Shown here: piece by piece, positions 45,530 to 48,049 of the stretch
Layout of the letters: each line of letters begins with the position of its first letter
Numbering within the stretch: the stretch's first letter is position 1
Assembly: GCA_018399535.1 (NCBI GenBank)
Contig: JAGYOR010000002.1
Location: 1 to 48,049 of the forward strand
Direction of reading: 5' to 3'
DNA length: 48,049 nucleotides
From: Deltaproteobacteria bacterium
Lineage (GTDB): Bacteria > Desulfobacterota > Syntrophia > Syntrophales > UBA2210
Translations under genes and position numbers: made by a program
The notes under the pieces: generated by a model
What the model saw: only the letters and a program-made list of their open reading frames with translations
What the model was told of the DNA's origin: nothing
Database searches by the model: none

Positions 45530-45715
45530 TCGCTGGCCCCCTTTCAAACAATGATTTTTGCAGTTTCCACTGCAGTAATTACAACACCCGCTCGAAAGTC
45601 AGACCGCTTACAGGAAGAAACACGCCCTTTCCACTGCACGTCTCGGCAGGCCGCACATTCGTTTAAACAATCCCGTACCTGCTGTCTCTGACTTTTCGTT
45701 TATCTTCGTCGGTTG
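45530..45715 (-). promoter_or_regulatory. Structured rplA-rplJ spacer, candidate L10(L12) autoregulatory leader
   Basis: About 170-185 nt of untranslated spacer in the position of the known L10 leader. There is a perfect 9-bp long-range helix, AAAGUCAGA (45695-45687) with UCUGACUUU (45603-45595). A hairpin UGCAG-UGGAAA-CUGCA lies at 45575-45559, just before the SD. Confidence 0.45.
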
Positions 45716-46426
45716 TTACGCCGCTTTCAGGTTATTTCTGACGTCAACCGTGTCCACCTTGACTCCGGGACCCATGGTAGTGGCGATAGAAATGTTTTTC
45801 AGATACGTCCCCTTGCTCGATGCCGGTTTCAGTTTCATGATCGATTCAATGAGGGCGAGAATATTTTCAATCAGTTTGTCCGCGCCGAAGGAGACCTTGC
45901 CCACGGGACTGTGAACGATTCCCGCCTTTTCAACGCGAAATTCCACCTGACCGGCCTTCAGCTCGGTCACGGCCTGTTTAACGTCGAACGTGACCGTCCC
46001 CACCTTCGGATTGGGCATCAGCCCGCGGGGACCGAGAATTTTACCCAGTTTACCGACTGTCCCCATCATATCAGGAGTCGCAACGACCCGGTCGAACTCA
46101 AGCCACCCCTCTTTTATTTTCTCGACCAGATCATCCGAGCCGACGTAATCGGCACCGGCTTCCTCCGCTTCCCGCTCCTTTTCGCCTTTGGCGAAAACAA
46201 GAACTCTCACTGTTTTTCCGAGACCGTTGGGCAACACCACGCTCCCCCTGACCATCTGGTCGGCGTGTTTCGGATTTACGCCGAGTCGAATGGCGACATC
46301 AACCGTTTCGTCGAATTTGGCACGCGTCGTCGACACTATCAGTTCGACGGCCTCCCTGAGCGAATAGCTCCTGCCCGGTTCCACTTTTTTCCGCTGTTCC
46401 AGGTATAATTTGCCCCTCTGTGTCAT
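45716..46426 (-). CDS. rplA: 50S ribosomal protein L1
   Basis: 236 aa. [34 protein letters not shown] is canonical L1. Confidence 0.98.
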   Translation of the reverse strand: MTQRGKLYLEQRKKVEPGRSYSLREAVELIVSTTRAKFDETVDVAIRLGVNPKHADQMVRGSVVLPNGLGKTVRVLVFAKGEKEREAEEAGADYVGSDDLVEKIKEGWLEFDRVVATPDMMGTVGKLGKILGPRGLMPNPKVGTVTFDVKQAVTELKAGQVEFRVEKAGIVHSPVGKVSFGADKLIENILALIESIMKLKPASSKGTYLKNISIATTMGPGVKVDTVDVRNNLKAA

Positions 46427-46447
46427 GGCGTAATATCCTCAACTCAC

Positions 46448-46873
46448 TTAATCAATAATTTCAATGCCCATGGATCGCGCCGTGCCCCCGATTATGTTGA
46501 GAGCACCCTCCATGTCGACGGCATTCAGGTCCTTGTATTTGATTTCCGCAATCTCCCTGAGCTGTTTCTTTGTTATTCGGCCAACTCTTTCCCGCTTCGG
46601 ATCACCGGATCCCTTGGCGATCTTGGCCGCCTGCTTGAGGAGCACCGCGGCCGGCGGTGTTTTCGTTATAAAAGTAAATGATTTGTCGGCATATACGGAT
46701 ATGACCACGGGGATGACGGTCCCTTCCTGATTCTGCGTCATTGCGTTATATGCCTTGCAAAACTCCATGATGTTGACCCCGTGCTGACCCAGGGCGGGTC
46801 CGATCGGGGGCGACGGAGTCGCTTTGCCGGCCTGGATCTGAAGTTTTATTTGCGCGATAACCTTTTTTGCCAT
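46448..46873 (-). CDS. rplK: 50S ribosomal protein L11
   Basis: 141 aa. [40 protein letters not shown] is canonical L11. Confidence 0.98.
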   Translation of the reverse strand: MAKKVIAQIKLQIQAGKATPSPPIGPALGQHGVNIMEFCKAYNAMTQNQEGTVIPVVISVYADKSFTFITKTPPAAVLLKQAAKIAKGSGDPKRERVGRITKKQLREIAEIKYKDLNAVDMEGALNIIGGTARSMGIEIID

Positions 46874-46909
46874 CCTCGTGCCCTCTCAATACGTCTGTCT
46901 TGTTCCGTT

Positions 46910-47440
46910 CTACGTCTGGGTCACCTGAATAAAATCAAGCTCCACCGGTGTTGAACGCCCGAATATGCTGACGATGACCCGCAATTTCCCCTTTTCTTCC
47001 TTGACCTCGTCAACGACGCCGTCAAAATTTGAAAAAGGACCGTCGATGATTCTCACGTGATCACCGATTTCAAAGCGGAATTTCGGTTTCGGTTTCAGCG
47101 TTCCTTCGCTTATTCTGGTTTTCAACAGTTCCACATCTTCGCTCGATATCGGCGAAGGCTTGTCTCTGCTGCCTATGAAACCGGTAACCTTCGGCGTGTC
47201 CTTGACCAGATGCCACGTGTCTTCCGTCAACTCCATGTTGATCAGCATGTAGCTCGGGAAGAACTTCCGCTTCGATGTCTTTTTTTCGCCACGTACCAGC
47301 TCGACTACATCCTCCTCGGGAACAAGTATGTCGCCGAAATAATCCTGCATTCCCGACGCCGCTATGCGCTCCTCCAGGGATTGTTTGACTCTGCCTTCGA
47401 AGCCCGAGTAGGTATGTATGACGTACCATTTAAATGCCAT
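46910..47440 (-). CDS. nusG: Transcription termination/antitermination factor NusG
   Basis: 176 aa. It has an NGN domain (KWYVIHTYSGFEGRVK) and a KOW motif (GDHVRIIDGPFSNFDGVVDEV), and it follows secE. Confidence 0.97.
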   Translation of the reverse strand: MAFKWYVIHTYSGFEGRVKQSLEERIAASGMQDYFGDILVPEEDVVELVRGEKKTSKRKFFPSYMLINMELTEDTWHLVKDTPKVTGFIGSRDKPSPISSEDVELLKTRISEGTLKPKPKFRFEIGDHVRIIDGPFSNFDGVVDEVKEEKGKLRVIVSIFGRSTPVELDFIQVTQT

Positions 47441-47447
47441 TGCAGGA

Positions 47448-47651
47448 TTATCCCAGAACGACTCTCACCAGCCTGGTGAGTATCAAGTCAACAATTCCCA
47501 GATAGAGGCTCACGATGAGCACGACGACGATCACCACCGATGTCGACGCCAGGGCCTGTTTCGGCGTTGGCCAGGTGACCTTTTTCAACTCTGTCCTGGC
47601 TTCCTTGAGAAACCGTAAAGAAACGGCCCACTTTTCTCTTATCTTTTCCAT
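47448..47651 (-). CDS. secE: Preprotein translocase subunit SecE
   Basis: 67 aa counted from ATG 47651. MEKIREKWAVSLRFLKEARTELKKVTWPT is followed by a single C-terminal TM segment. The track ORF extension to 47708 would run through the tRNA-Trp gene and is rejected. Confidence 0.9.
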   Translation of the reverse strand: MEKIREKWAVSLRFLKEARTELKKVTWPTPKQALASTSVVIVVVLIVSLYLGIVDLILTRLVRVVLG

Positions 47652-47675
47652 ATGCCCCGTCCCGAAAAAATAAAA

Positions 47676-47752
47676 TGGCAGGCCAGGAGGGACTCGAACC
47701 CCCAACATCCGGATTTGGAGTCCGGCGCTCTATCCATTAGAGCTACTGGCCT
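47676..47752 (-). tRNA. tRNA-Trp (anticodon CCA), CCA end encoded
   Basis: I folded the cloverleaf by hand. The acceptor is AGGCCAG/CUGGCCU, followed by U8 A9, D arm GCUC-UAAUGGAUA-GAGC and anticodon arm CCGGA-CUCCAAA-UCCGG. The variable loop is AUGUU and the T arm is GGGGG-UUCGAGU-CCCUC. The discriminator is G, followed by CCA. The total length is 77 nt. Confidence 0.95.
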
Positions 47753-47767
47753 GCATAGAGCCCCTTT

Positions 47768-47917
47768 TTACTTTGTTTCCCGGTGAAGCGTGTGCGTCTG
47801 GCAGAAACGACAGTACTTCTTCAATTCGAGACGATTTTTCATCGTCCTCTTGTTTTTTGTCGTCGAATAATTCCTCTGCTTGCAGTTCACACAAGCCAGC
47901 ATGACGATATCTCTCAT
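47768..47917 (-). CDS. rpmG: 50S ribosomal protein L33 (zinc-ribbon form)
   Basis: This gene is not in the ORF track (49 aa). My hand translation is [49 protein letters not shown], with TAA at 47770-47768. GAGGT lies about 10 nt upstream of the ATG. Confidence 0.93.
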   Translation of the reverse strand: MRDIVMLACVNCKQRNYSTTKNKRTMKNRLELKKYCRFCQTHTLHRETK

Positions 47918-47938
47918 TGCACAGTTACCTCACAAAAA

Positions 47939-48014
47939 TGGAGCCCACGACCAGGATTGAACTGGTGACCTCATCCTTACCAAGGATGTGCTCTACCGAC
48001 TGAGCAACCAACGG
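47939..48014 (-). tRNA. tRNA-Thr (anticodon GGU)-like gene whose 5' acceptor arm is not complementary (possible pseudo-tRNA, att remnant or assembly join)
   Basis: Positions 10-76 are canonical. The D arm is GCUC-AGUCGGUA-GAGC, the anticodon arm CAUCC-UUGGUAA-GGAUG and the T arm ACCAG-UUCAAUC-CUGGU. The 3' acceptor strand is CGUGGGC, followed by U and CCA. The 7 nt in the 5' acceptor position read CCGUUGG where GCCCACG is expected, giving only 2 Watson-Crick pairs and one G-U. Positions 8-9 are UU. Confidence 0.6.
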
Positions 48015-48049
48015 ATATTTCCTGTTGAACCCCATTCTGCTTCCTCTAT

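Noticed and set aside
47783-47968. 61-aa plus-strand ORF between tRNA-Trp and tRNA-Thr
   Set aside because: It is antisense to rpmG, whose minus-strand translation is an unmistakable L33, and it overlaps the tRNA-Thr-like locus.

Overview
No convincing new multi-gene system (defence island, mobile element, CRISPR array or toxin-antitoxin pair) is visible in this window; it is almost entirely core housekeeping DNA from a Gram-negative bacterium. The most unusual stretches are listed in the findings. They are a 274-bp structured, terminator-containing spacer between rpsJ and rplC, a 5'-truncated tRNA-Thr at the right edge, an insulated one-gene EF-Tu-domain-II-like unit, the uncharacterised tail of the Mla-like operon, and the absence of fusA, a second tuf copy and adk from their usual positions.

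Every gene I can support lies on the minus strand, about 62 CDS plus 2 tRNA loci. In transcription order (right to left) the window holds:
- a tRNA-Thr(GGU)-like locus, rpmG, tRNA-Trp, secE and nusG
- rplK-rplA-rplJ-rplL-rpoB-rpoC
- rpsL-rpsG-tuf, with no fusA
- rpsJ, followed by the S10, spc and alpha ribosomal-protein operons (rplC through rplQ, including secY, map, infA and rpmJ)
- a small EF-Tu-domain-II-like gene, then folC and lptD
- rplM-rpsI, argC and cysS
- a Na/Pi cotransporter
- an Mla-like lipid ABC transporter operon (STAS-MlaE fusion, MlaF, MlaD, PqiC-like lipoprotein) followed by a cytidylate-kinase-like gene and a DUF2804-like gene
- tatA/B-tatC and a class A penicillin-binding protein

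The ORF track writes M for GTG and TTG starts. Several track ORFs are N-terminally over-extended, and I trimmed them using family N-termini and Shine-Dalgarno (SD) spacing. The long plus-strand ORFs are antisense shadows of conserved genes. Gene order (rplM-rpsI-argC, the nusG-to-rpoC-to-str-to-S10 supercluster) and the zinc-ribbon forms of several ribosomal proteins are compatible with a deltaproteobacterium-like lineage, but that is low-confidence inference. All structure, promoter and terminator calls come from reading the sequence by eye. No folding energies, database searches or statistics were computed.
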